Part shown: in pieces, positions 25,891 through 37,600 of the stretch
How the letters are laid out: each line of letters opens with the position of its first letter
Position numbering within the stretch: position 1 is the stretch's first letter
Assembly: GCA_028534125.1 (NCBI GenBank)
Contig: CM052825.1
Span: forward strand, 1,364,001 to 1,428,000
DNA from: Lama glama
Lineage: Eukaryota
DNA: 64,000 bases
Reading direction: 5' to 3'
Made by a program: the position numbers and the translations under genes
Notes under the pieces: model-generated
What the model was told of the DNA's origin: nothing
Databases searched by the model: none
Seen by the model: only the letters and a program-made list of their open reading frames with translations

Positions 25891-26241
25891 TTTTTATAGT
25901 GTCAAGAGTACATACACCTTTTATGTGAGAGAACAGGGAAAAAACCAAAATTATACATATATCTGTTTATATTTACAAAAAGAAACACAGGAAGGATAAA
26001 CAAGGAAAAAAATAAAAGTGGTCACCTCCAAGGCGGGGGAGGACCAGAGATACAGGTTGGAAAGGCACTTCTTCAGTTATGCCTTTCTGTGTAGTTTTGA
26101 CAATCTAGGACGTATTAATGTCCTATATACCCAGAAAATTAAATAAGAAGGGAAATGAAAAAAAATCAAAAGTAAGAGACAAACTGAAAAGTAACCTTAA
26201 TTATTACTTCAAATGACTATCACAACCATGCACAAGTAAAA

Positions 26242-26330
26242 TGGAGAGGAGAGAAGAGGAAGGAGGGAAGGGAAAGGGAGGAGGGAAGGGGGGAGGGACG
26301 GGGGTGGAGCGGGGGGGGGAGAGGAGGGGG
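26242..26330 (+). repeat. Polypurine G-rich low-complexity tract
   Basis: About 90 nt almost entirely G/A, with many GGG runs. Confidence 0.85.
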
Positions 26331-26419
26331 CGCACCCAGGAGAAACAGACAAGGCAAGAGCCCCGCGTCTGTCAAAGACGCGGAGCCTAGTAAGAGCCTT
26401 CTTCCCACGAGGAGAACCG

Positions 26420-27870
26420 TGTGCCCAGAGGCGGCTTCACTGGTGAGTCCTACCATTTAATTAAGACATAATTATATACAAACTCTTCCAAGAAAGCAGA
26501 AGTAGAGGAAGTACTTCCCAGCTCATTTCATGATGACAAAATCGCCCTGATAACAAAACCAGATAAAGGTACTAAAAGAAAACCACAAAGCAATATTCTG
26601 CATCAACAGAGAAGCAAAACACTTAATAAAATATTAGCAAATCAAATGCACTGCTTATCAAAAGAATAACATACCATGATCAAGTGCAGTTTTTCGCAGG
26701 AATGCAAGGTTGGTTAGGCACTGGAAAAATCCATTTATGTATTAACTATATTAACAGAATATTGAGTAAAAACATTATCATCATCCCCAGAGATGCAGAA
26801 AAAGCAGCTAATTATAGTCAAAACTCGTTCATGATTTAAAAACAGAAGCAACAACTCTCAGCAGACAAGGGATAAAGTGAAGCCCCCTCCACCGGAGAAA
26901 TTGTCCCCTGAGGACCTAAAGCTCGCTCTGCACCCAAGGACGAGGCCCCGGGGGCTCTCCCTGGGGACAGGTGGCAGGCAGCCTCATCCTCACCTCGGTT
27001 CCAGACTGAGCTGGAGGGCGCCGCGGGCACAGCGGGGCAAGAAAAAGACACCAAGCAGGTGAGTGAACAAGCCAGCGGATGAAATAAAGCACACAGAAAG
27101 GAACCCTGGAAGCCGGCTCTAAAATTGACGTGAAAGCGTGACGTAACTAGAGTAGCCGAAACAACGTCCAAAAAGAGGACGACGCTGGGGGGCTTCTCGG
27201 GTCATTTTAGAAATGATTACACGGCCACAGTAGTTATGACAGCGCTGTTCTGGCCAAAGGGTAGACACGGAGCCAGGAGGAGCCTGGAAAGAGACCCGCA
27301 CACAGAAGGCCGGCTTCCGAAAGTGCCAAGGAGATTCAGAGGAGGAGAGACGGTGTCTTCAACAAACAGACATCTGCCATGGGGGGAGAAGGCGACTCTC
27401 AACTGCTACCACACCACACACACGAAATTCCTCACAGTTAACACAAAAGCTGATCCTAGAGAGCAGATTCTAGAGGCTTGAGCCAGGCACACACAAAAAG
27501 CACACACTATAGAAGAAGAGAATTGACAGATCAGATTTCAAATTAAAATCCTGTACTTTTCAAAAGGCCCTAAGAAAATGGGAAGGCCAGCCATGTGCTA
27601 GGAGAAAACAATCACCAAATACAGGGCAGATTCTATCAAGAGCATACACGCAGGACTCTTACATCTCAACAATAACAATCGCATTTAAAAACGGGCAAAA
27701 GTCCCTGGAAGACGCCTCACACGGAAGACACGTGGACATCAAACAAGTGCGGCCAGAGGAGACGTCAGCATCGTCAGCGAGCAGAGGCAGGAAGGACGCC
27801 GCGGGGAAGCACTTCTGACCCACGGCAAGGGCCCCAGGCAGCAAGACGGACAGAGCCAGCACAGCACGTG
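26420..27870 (+). mobile_element. Old L1 ORF2 fragments, partly GC-shifted
   Basis: caaactcttcca...gaagtacttcccagctcatttcatga...ccctgataacaaaaccagataaagg...aatattagcaaatcaaat...gatgcagaaaaagca. Confidence 0.8.
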
Positions 27871-27879
27871 GAACAGTCA

Positions 27880-28125
27880 GAGGCCCCAGACTGGAGGGGG
27901 CTCAGTCCAAGGCCCCCAGGAGAGGAGCCCCGCCCGGTCAGTGAGCTAGGAGGCGCCCCCCCCCCCCGGAGCCCCTCGGCACAGCCCTGAGACGACTGCG
28001 GCCTTGTGAGACGCCCAGAGCCAAGGGACCCAGCTAAGCCCTGCCTGGACTCAGGGCCCGCAGGAACTGGAGGTAACAGACGCTGTTGTTTCAGGTCACT
28101 AGGTCTTGGGCGATGTACACACACT
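27880..28125 (+). mobile_element. MLT1 (ERVL-MaLR) LTR fragment
   Basis: gccttgtgagac...gacccagctaagccctgcctggactc...ggaactggaggtaacagacgctgttgtttcaggtcactag. Confidence 0.75.
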
Positions 28126-30999
28126 ATCTATACAATCTCCAAGAACCCAGGGAGCTAGGTGCTGCAGGCCCCGCCCCTCAGGTGCGGACCTTGGCTCAGC
28201 GAGGGAAGCAATTCACCAGAGGCAGCCTGCACTCCACCAGGCCCACGTGTCCCGGCTCCTCCCCGCACACTGCCGCCCACTCCAGGACGGCCTGAACTGG
28301 TTTCTAAGAGGGTCAGGTGGGGAACAGACCAGCAAATGTGGTCCTCCCTGGTGTTTACCAGTCTCCACTGCAGTCCCACATTCAAGCCTTCTACCCCCAG
28401 CCCCTCACCGAGGACGGTGCGAAGCCCCCAGCCTCTACTCCTGGCAGGTCTGTTCATTCAGTGCTCGTGAGACAGGCTCTCTCCCAAGGAGCTACAGCAA
28501 AAATGAAACATAAATAAATAAGTCTTTAAAAGCTTGGACCCCACCAGTTAGGTCCAGCCTGGGCCTCCTGCTCGACTCTGAACTAGTGGGAGACGCGTTG
28601 TCAGCCACGCGCCTGGTGCCTGGCTGTAACTCAGACACAGTCAGCCTGAACAGCACCCCATGGGGAAACAGCAGGCGAACAGCCCGGGCACAGAGAGTGG
28701 AAGACACACACGAGGCCCAGAGAGGTGAGTGTGGTGAGAGCGTGGGCTTGTGGGGGGCCGGGGGAGATCGGGTGACGTGCCGGCTGCACCCATGCTGCCG
28801 GACCAAGCTGCAAGTTCATCTTCAAAACAGGGCTCCCTTGGCCCAGGCGGTGTTTCTAAAATCAAGGATTCCATCTAAAAGATCCACGTGTTTAGTTTCT
28901 CCTAGGGATCGGGGCACCTCACAGCACCGGTCACACATCCCTGCAGAGCGGCCATCAGCCGGGCTCAGCACGACAGAGCCCAGTAGGCAGTTCTGCACTC
29001 GGGGTCACGCCCTCAACCCTGTCACCAGGGCCGGGCCGTATCCACGGTGCTGGGACCCCCAGAGCCTGGCTGCTACTGCAGACGGAACACAGAGGGGACG
29101 GTCTAGACAGTGGGGAGGTGCCAGGGATGGCCGCCCCGCCAGATGGACCGCCTCGGGTAAGGAAGGCCAGGGAGTCTGTCACCCCTGCTACTTACTGCTG
29201 CGAAGTCAGAGGAGGCCGTGTGACTCCAGGTACGGCACAGGCAGCAACCCCTCCGGAAGGCGGTGTTTCTCAGGGAACAAAGACGCACCCTCTGAAAATC
29301 CCGTCTATCTCCAGGTGGTTAGAGAAAGTTTGCTCCTACTTTTTTTTAAATAATCAATGCAATACAGAGTTAGGATAGGGGTAGCTTGTTAAATATAAAC
29401 CTGTATTTAGGGCCAAAAGGGGGACCCCAGAGACTACAATCAGTACCCCCTCCCACCCTGCTCCACCAAGACGAGATCTCCGAACCCAGGGAGCCGCGGG
29501 GAGGACACCCGCCACGTGCACCAGCAGACCAGGGTGAAAACGAGAGTGAGCTGAGCCTCTGGGAACTGACTCTCCGAGGACTGAAGTGTGAGACGGACCC
29601 TCTCTGAGGAAGGAGGGGGAGAAAGGTAGCTTCTCTCCTCCCCACCACCCCTCCCTGCCTCTGCTCCTAAACCAACGTCACGCCCCAAGGAAACGACAGA
29701 AAGGATGTCATTAATAAATTTATTTCAGCTTTCCCTTCAATGGTGCTGGGAAGTATATGCAGATCCATCTGTAATTAGGTTTAAAAATTCCACTTCATGG
29801 GATAATCAGACTTCAAAAAACTCGATTTCGGTTTTAATCAGACTTTAACAAGGGTATTAAGTCCATTTCGTTCAGAAAAAGGAAAACTGAATTTAACACA
29901 AAGTGTATTCCAGCTCAGCCCTGGGAGACAATTAAGTGAAAGTAGTTTGGCAAGGGCTGTCAGTAAAGGCAGGCACTCCAAGCCGTGTTCGTGCTCTTGA
30001 TGGAAACAAAGGCAACTCCTCTCGGTACTCGCTGCCCACGGAGGGCCGGCGGCCGCTCACGCCACGGGAAGACAGGGACTGCAACCGAGTGTTTGCGCCA
30101 GGCCCAGGTGAACCGGGAGAGGAAGCAAGGGGATGGGCGCAGGTGCACCCCGCTCCGGGCCCGCCCGGGACGGCGCAGGCCTCACCCCAGCTCACGCGCC
30201 TGTCCAGCCACCAGGGGCTGAGGCCAGCTGCCCTCAACCCAGCCATGGAAGCCCACGTCCCCAGCCCTGGGCGCGGTGGCGCCCGCCCCCTCGGCCCCTA
30301 AACACAGCAGCACTGGGCTCGGTGTCAACGCAAGGACCCCGCTTACCTTGTTCTCTGGGGCGGCGCCAACTCGGCATCGGCCACACGGTAATCGCTCAAC
30401 GAGCATCTGCTGAGCAGAACCGGTGAGCTCAGCTACCAGAAACGAGCCCCCCCCAGCCCTGGGAGTGGACCTAAAGGGCTGTTCCCTCAGAGCCCGGTGA
30501 AGGGCGCTGTGTCCTCGGGGACCCCCGCCCCCTGTGAGAGCTCACGGCACAGGGTCAAGGCGCCAGCAGGGCAGCTGCTGAACCCGTGCCTTGTGTGCTC
30601 AGTCCTGCGCTAGGTCACTTCCAGCGACTGTCCTCAAATGAGGTCACATCCCGGGACCAGATTCTCTCAAACCAGAGAAGAAGAACGTAACCACCATGAG
30701 TCCATGTGAGCAGAAAGCTGCATGGAAAAGAGCACGTGGAGGGAAAGAGGAAAGCTGGGCCTTTAAACCAAGTGCCAGTCCCGCCCCTAAAGCAGGGCCA
30801 CAGCCGAGGGCCCTGGGCTCAAACCTGCCTACCGCCTGTGGGGAACTAAGGTTTCCAGTAACGTGGTCACCCCTATTCACCTGCAGGCTGTCCGCGCAGC
30901 CTTCCCACCGGGCAGCCCCCGGCGCTGCCCTGTCCTGGCTCACCCCCGCTTCAGCACGGGAGCCTCACAATCCCACCGGACAGGGAGGCTGGTCAGCTG

Positions 31000-31085
31000 C
31001 TCTGTGCTAGAGCCCTGGGGCCACAAAGCCCTGAATGTTTACTCCCTGGCCTTTCAAGGGAAAAGCCTGCCAGCCTCCGCTGTAA
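31000..31085 (+). mobile_element. MER58 (hAT-Charlie) 3' end
   Basis: ggccacaaagccctgaatgtttactccctggcctttcaagggaaaagcctgccagcc. Confidence 0.7.
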
Positions 31086-31344
31086 GTCCACCCCATTGTG
31101 GACAGGAACTGCTAATTAACTGAATGAGACACGAGAAAGTCTATTTTCTATTATCAGAAGTCTCTCTGTGTCGGAAGGCTCGAGCTTCGGTAGCCTGGCA
31201 GTGGCCCCTACTGGCGCGCCTCGGGCACTGCAGCTAAGCTGTAGAAAACCACAAAAACGCCCCAACTAGCGCAAACGCCAGCGACAGCTCCCAGCAACTC
31301 TCTTCTCAACTAAGTCAAGCGAAAAAACGGCCCTAATTTCGCTA

Positions 31345-31645
31345 CAAGCGGACGCCGGGGGGTACGATGCGTTCAGCTCCAGGCGGCTACAGCCAAGTGG
31401 ACACTGCGGTAATGTGAGGCACACAGGCTTGCCGGCTTGCCGCACACACAGGCGTTCTGTTCACACTGCACTACAGCCTACTCCATGTGCAACAGCATTA
31501 CGTCTAAAATGTGCACCCACCCTAATTTAAAAAATGATGCTGTTGGGTAAACGCCAACAGACTTGCTCGACAAACCTTCAAGATGTAAAAACGTAGTATC
31601 TGCCGAGCGGGACAAAGCGCAGCCCAGTGGAGTGAGGTGCACCTG
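31345..31645 (-). mobile_element. Internally deleted Tigger1 (Tigger1a-like MITE)
   Basis: The reverse complement joins the Tigger1 5' end (gcagatactacgtttttaca..tgaaggtttgtcgagcaagtct) to its 3' end (ttagacgtaatgctgttgcaca). TA at 31343-31344. Confidence 0.75.
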
Positions 31646-34600
31646 CAGGAGCAGCGCAGGGCAGCGCGCCGCAGCTCAGCTCGTCTGCCTCTGCGACTGC
31701 AGTCCCGGCAGAAGGCAAATACGCCCAAGACCTAACGGCAGGAAAACCCCGCAGCACAGAAAAGGCAGAAGCTGGGGAGAGCGAGTGGGAAGACAGAATT
31801 GTGTCTAAATGCCCTCCACACAGGCTCATACACAACCCCCATCAGCGCTAAAGCAGACCGACAGCAGTGCCCTGAAGGCTGACACGAGGTAGCCAAGGTA
31901 GCCGCCTCCCCACCCTGCTGCAGGAGGGCTGCTCGGCTCCACGAGCCTGAAGAGCAGTTTGCACGTAATAAAAAATTAATTGCTGATCTTCTAACTCAGC
32001 CGCCTCCGCGAACAAGACAGTATTGTGTTGCCGCCCCAGAAGGTAAGTCTTCCTCTCCCAGGTAATGACCATCTTACTGTGCCTCGCAGAGCCTCCCTCA
32101 TGGAAGGGCTACCCCGAGGTGCCCAGCCCGAGCAAAGGCACAGCCGTCAGCCCCCAGCAGGCTGGCAGGCCCTCTGTGCCAAGGAGCTGGGAGCCGTCAG
32201 GTCTGAAAGAGCCGCTACCAGCTGGCGGGCTTCCTGCCCGCTCCTGCCGAGCGTTGCCCGGGCTAAACTGGCGGGCAGCTCCCCAATAGGAGCCTGTCCG
32301 TGCCAGCAGCAGGCGGATCAGCTCACAAAGACGCAGGCTCCAGCTGCAGGCACCATGTGGCCGGCCAGATGGATGGAGGTGATGGAGGGCAGTGCCCACC
32401 CACCAGGCCAGTCCCAGCCAAGCAATCCAACAAGGGCGCCACTAACTCCCGGGATGACCTTGGCCACAAGCCCCTCTCAGAACCTGGTCCCTCCTCTGCC
32501 AAGTGGCCCCTCATCCATGGAGCTGGCAAGAAGACTGACCAGCCACAAGCACACATGGGCCCTGCGAGCCCTCCGGCAGCTCTCCTCGGACAGAGCCATC
32601 CTGTCAGCAGCCAAGACCCTCGTTAGAGGGGACTGTCCTTAAAGAGACACACTCTGGAGCCTCCTGTCTGCTCGCAACTTCCAGACCAGAGAAAACATCT
32701 GGCCTCTGCCCACCAACACCATTCAAGACCAGCAAAGATGCAAACACGGTCTGTCTGCAGCCAAGCCGGACACCCCCCAAAATGCTGCTGCAGCGTCTTT
32801 AAGTCACCAAGCCACAGCGGCTCCCCATGGTTCCACTGTTTAAAATCGGCTGTCTCTGAGGACAGGAGGGCAGAGCTGCGGCGCATAGCTCAGTGTCCAC
32901 GATGTCTAGTGGACAGCAGGTCCTCGACTCAGTGTGCAAGGAATGAACGCGTCAGTGACTCTCCCCAAATCACAGCTCTCGCAACAGACAATGGGTCAGG
33001 AGGCAACAGGCACTTATCCAGAGAAGAAACAGGACAGATGGAAAGAACATGGCCTTGACCACCAGACACCTTTGTAAGTCCCAAGGGCCCCGGGCAGGAG
33101 AGCCACCCCCTCAACTGTCACCACGACTCAATAAACACAACCTTCTGATTGTGGGCAGACTGTCCACCGAAGAGGACGGGGCGCCCTCACCTGGCAGGGA
33201 ACACCACCGCCCCCACCCCGGGACAGGCCTTGGGAGCCAGGAGCCTGCAGGGCATCAGATGCAGCCTGGACCTCCACCGGACAGGGGCCAGCCAGGAACC
33301 AAGACCCTTCCCGGTGAATGCAGAGGAGGAAAGAGGCCCTTCCGCCTCAAACAGTGGGTACTCCCCACCTGTCACCTGTAGGATTAAGTCCCAAAGCCAC
33401 AGGGAGACCCAGACACCTTCGGGATCCGATCCCTGCCACCTCGTGCTCCTGCCACCGCCAGGCACTCTGGTGAGAACCATATGGAACCAGGGGACTTCTC
33501 CTAAGCACCCGGGCTCTGAATGGTGTGCGTGCACACAGGCCACTTCCCTGGCTGGAACCTCCTGGCTTCGGGTCAAGCACTGCGTCTTCCATGAGCCACA
33601 CCGGCCACACCTGCGCACGGGCTCCAGCAAAGCTGACAGCACTCCCGACCCTGCACCGCAGCCCAGCACCCGGCCCCCAGCACCCGGCCGGCGCACACGG
33701 ACAGGAGGAAGAAGGGGCAGCACCGGGCAGCGGAGGAAGGCGGGCCTGCCATCAGGGGTGAGTCCGCCCCACTGGCCCTCTGCGGAGACCCCACTCGCCC
33801 CCCCAGCAGGAAGGCTCAGGTCTGCAGTTACCTCAGGCACCAGTCTGCCAGCTGCCACTTAAGGCAGAAAAGGCCACTGGCTCCCGACCCCTTCAGAGAC
33901 TGACAGCAAACAGCCATCTCTCCTCCCCTCGGATCAAACCAGACGGGCACCCAAGCCATGCAGACCCCTCCACTCAGCACCATCCCCAGGGCACCGAGGA
34001 CAAGGCCTGAGGAGCAGTGCTTCCTGCTATCCGAGGTCGCTTCCCCGGAGCCCTGCAGAAAAGAGTTCTCAATCCTTCTCGCTCAGGGCCCCGAGGCAGA
34101 CCCCCGGCTTCCACTCCCCACAGCCCCCTCAGCCCAGCCTGCGTTCCAGACACTCCGGCAAGACCCTCAGGGGCTCAGAGGCTCTCAGGCACGTGGAGGG
34201 GCCCCGATTATTCACAGGAAAGGGGACTGAGACAAAGGGGACCCGTGCCACACTATTCTGCTCGTCCCTGGGGGATACCATGTGTCCTCGGAAGCCCGCC
34301 TCCCCTCAGGTGGCCGTACCGCCCAGGCTCTCCCAAGCCCACGGACACCCACGCCAGCTCCTCAGACACCCTCCTGTTTTAAAAAGAGCCGTGTGCTAAG
34401 AGCTGAGGTCGGCGATTTCAAAATCACCACAGGAAACTAATTCCAGGTGGCTGGGAGAAGCACAGAAATCCATTAGGGCCTCATCACGTTCCCTCCCTAG
34501 TTTCAAGGCCGAAGTCTTCATAAATGTCACTGCCGCAGTCCTCACACCCGCTCAGGGCAGGGCTCACTCAGGCTGCGTGGCCCACCCTGGCTGTGTGGCC

Positions 34601-37600
34601 CACCCTGAGCTCTGGTAACTCTGACCTTCAACGATCTGCCAGGTAAGCGGCAGAACAGGCTAGAAGGTTTCCACCCAGACTGAACGCAGACAGACCCAAG
34701 GGAGCCGACATCCCGTCTCCCGGGGAACAGGGCCCGGTGTGCGTCCTAAGGTCTCCTTGCTCCAAGCACAGCGTCCTGGCCACGGGGGGGCAGGGACTGA
34801 CACGATGTGGGGCGCCAGCCCCTCCTGCAGACACACAGACAAGCCCTGCAGAGCTGCCTGGGCAGGACAGGCCGAGCCCGTCTCATCTGTCCGCCCTTCC
34901 TGCTCCACTTCTGCCCCCAGGCCAGCTCATGGGAGCGACTCAGATGGAACCTCATCTCCAGCCCTGCAGACATCCAACGTTTCCTTCTGGCTTTTTCAAC
35001 GATGCTTCAGATGCCTGTCCCCCAACAGTCCACAAGCTCTCCCGCCCTAGGAGCCAAATCCCGTCCTAGCTCTGGCCCACCCCCCCTGCACCCTCATGGA
35101 GCCCCCACCCCACCCCCACCTAGCCAAGGTCATGTCCTCTCTCGTCTGTTTGAGGATGGCTCCCAGCTACCTCTCCGAACAGGAGCCAAGTGGTCATGTC
35201 AGCTTGCGCAGCTGAACGTGTCACAGCCAGTGAAGCCTGACAACGGCTGTCAGCAAAGACAAACCTCTCGGCATGGCCCCTCGGGGACCAGGCTGGCCTG
35301 ACCTCTGTCTCTCAGGCCGCCCAGGGGCCCATCCTGTCCTGTGAACTCGCTCTTTTCCCACCCCCATGTCCCAGAGGCCTTGGGAGAAGCCCTCCGCTCC
35401 TCACCACTTAACACCACCCTTCAGATTTCAGCCCAGAAAGTGCCCTAGGGGAAGCCTGCCACACCCCTCCCCCAGGTCAGGCCCCCTGGAAAGCTCCCAA
35501 AGCATCAGGCGCCTCTCTCCTGGCCCTGGAGGCCCCTTGCTACTGTCTGTGCCATGCTCTCAAGAGTGAGCACGTCCCACGAGGGAGGGCAACGGCACGG
35601 GCCGGGCTGGCTGTGCCCAGCACACACCCACGGCCCTGTAGGGCGCAGGCTCAGCCAGGCCTCCCAAGACCCAGTGGGCACTCTGCCCACAGGTGCCGCC
35701 AGGCGAGAGACAGGACAGGCACCAGCGACTCCCAGCAACAGCAGGACAACCTATGGGCCAGGAGACCCAGCACAATTACCACAGACGGACAACTTCCAGC
35801 AAAGGCTTCCAGGGTCCTTCCTCAGACAAGAGATCAAGAAAGCATGGTGCCAATAAACCAGGTGGAATTCTGATCATTGAGCAACAGGCTTCCTGAGAAA
35901 AGGCCTTGTTTCATCGGCGTCGACGAGCCAGTGGTCAGAGCAAGCCAGCCGGAACTGTTTCTCTGCTCCGAGGTGGAGCTGGCTGCACTAAACTAAGGAT
36001 GGGGGATAAGCCGACTCGCCCGATCACCCCGGAGGTCGCGCTGTGTGTGCAAGTGCAGCCCAGCTCCCTCCTCCCCTGTAATAAACCATGAGTGTGAGCA
36101 CAGAGCTTCCTAGGCTCTGTGAGCCTGACGTTGGTGCCGGGGCCCCCAGACCTCCTGCCCTGGCCCCCAACTAAGCGGACTCCATGTGTGCACGTGGGGA
36201 GCAGGGGGAGCGGGCTGAGAAGAGCACGTCCGGTGCCTGGCGTGTGAGTCAGCAGGCGCACATGCGAGGTGCACCTGGGAAAATGCTCCCCAAACCGGGA
36301 GATGCGTTTTGGAGGGCAAAAGAAGACACGCCCATCAACCTGTCTTAAATGTCTCGAGTGCTAAGCATGTGAATGGACGGCCTATTCAGACCAGCGTCTC
36401 CAGAGCCTCGCAGGTGGAAAATGACAAGAGACCCCGGGCTGCTGCCCCCGGTGCAGAGGAAATGCCTGCTCAGCCTCCCGCCCCAGGGCAGAAGCAGTGG
36501 AGACCGAAGACGCCTGGCATCCCCACGGGGTGGCGCCCGTCTCCATGAAGACTCAAGGCGACGGGGCACGCTCAAGACATAAAACCTAGAAGGAAATAAA
36601 AGGCACGCAAACACACGTGAAAGGAAAGCAGCCCGTCTCAGGTCGGACTGACCCGGAACCACCTCCCCGCCAAGCAGGACTCCATTACTCACAACCAGAC
36701 TGTGGGCTGGGAGCAAAGGGCCAGCTCTGCTCCAGGGGTGTCTGGGTTTCCACCACCTGCTCCACCAAATCCACGCAAGGCCCCGGCCTCCCCAGCCACC
36801 CCCACACAGGGTCCAGCCGCACTAGCCGCCCGGCCCACCCAGAGGTGAGCCCCGCTCCGGGGGCCACGGCCGCATGTCCGTCCCTGCCTCCTGGCACTTG
36901 ACTTACGAGACCCATGGTCCCAGGTGCAGGGTGACTGGCTCAGATCTGTCATCCACCAGCACCGCTCGGCCTCACACAGAACCTCATCTAGAGCAGGGAC
37001 TCAGTCCAAGTCCACTGTGGAACCATCAGGGAACTCCCTTTCATCCAAACTGTCAGGAACTTGCACACAGAGACAAGCGGAGGCAGAGCAATGGGTAAAT
37101 CAGGAAGTAAGATCCTCCCCCACCATTTCTGGTCCAGCGACTTCAGTGCTAAGAGCATTTAAGACTCTTTGTTTAAAAAAAGAAAGTACTCAGCTATTTC
37201 CAAAAGCTACTTTGTAACACATTGCTATAAAAACCCTTCAGTTAATTTTAAAAAAAAGGTATTTTAATAACCCCAATCTACAAGTCCATCAATCATCTTT
37301 TTAAAATATCCTTTCAACTGAAAAAGCCTTTCCAACCCTCCCACGTGAGTTTAAGATTAAAACTCCAATGCCAAGAGGTTGGGGACATTAAAAAAAACAT
37401 GCCAAGTTCTCTCGAGCCAATTAAAACGAAGACCATACCACGCACACCTCTCCCTGGACAGCTGCATCTCCCCTCTGTGAGGGCAAGGAAGGACCTGCGC
37501 CTCTGGCCGCCGGCTCCAAGCCTGGAGCAAAGGTGCCACGCGTCCAGTCAGCCGCGCAGGGAAAGGCAGGAGCCGGACCCGACGCCCCCTGCCCAGCTGG

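Noticed and set aside
33185-33210. Recursive splice site CCAG|GTGAGG in intron 10
   Set aside because: The pyrimidine tract is short and weak, and such matches are expected by chance in 46 kb.
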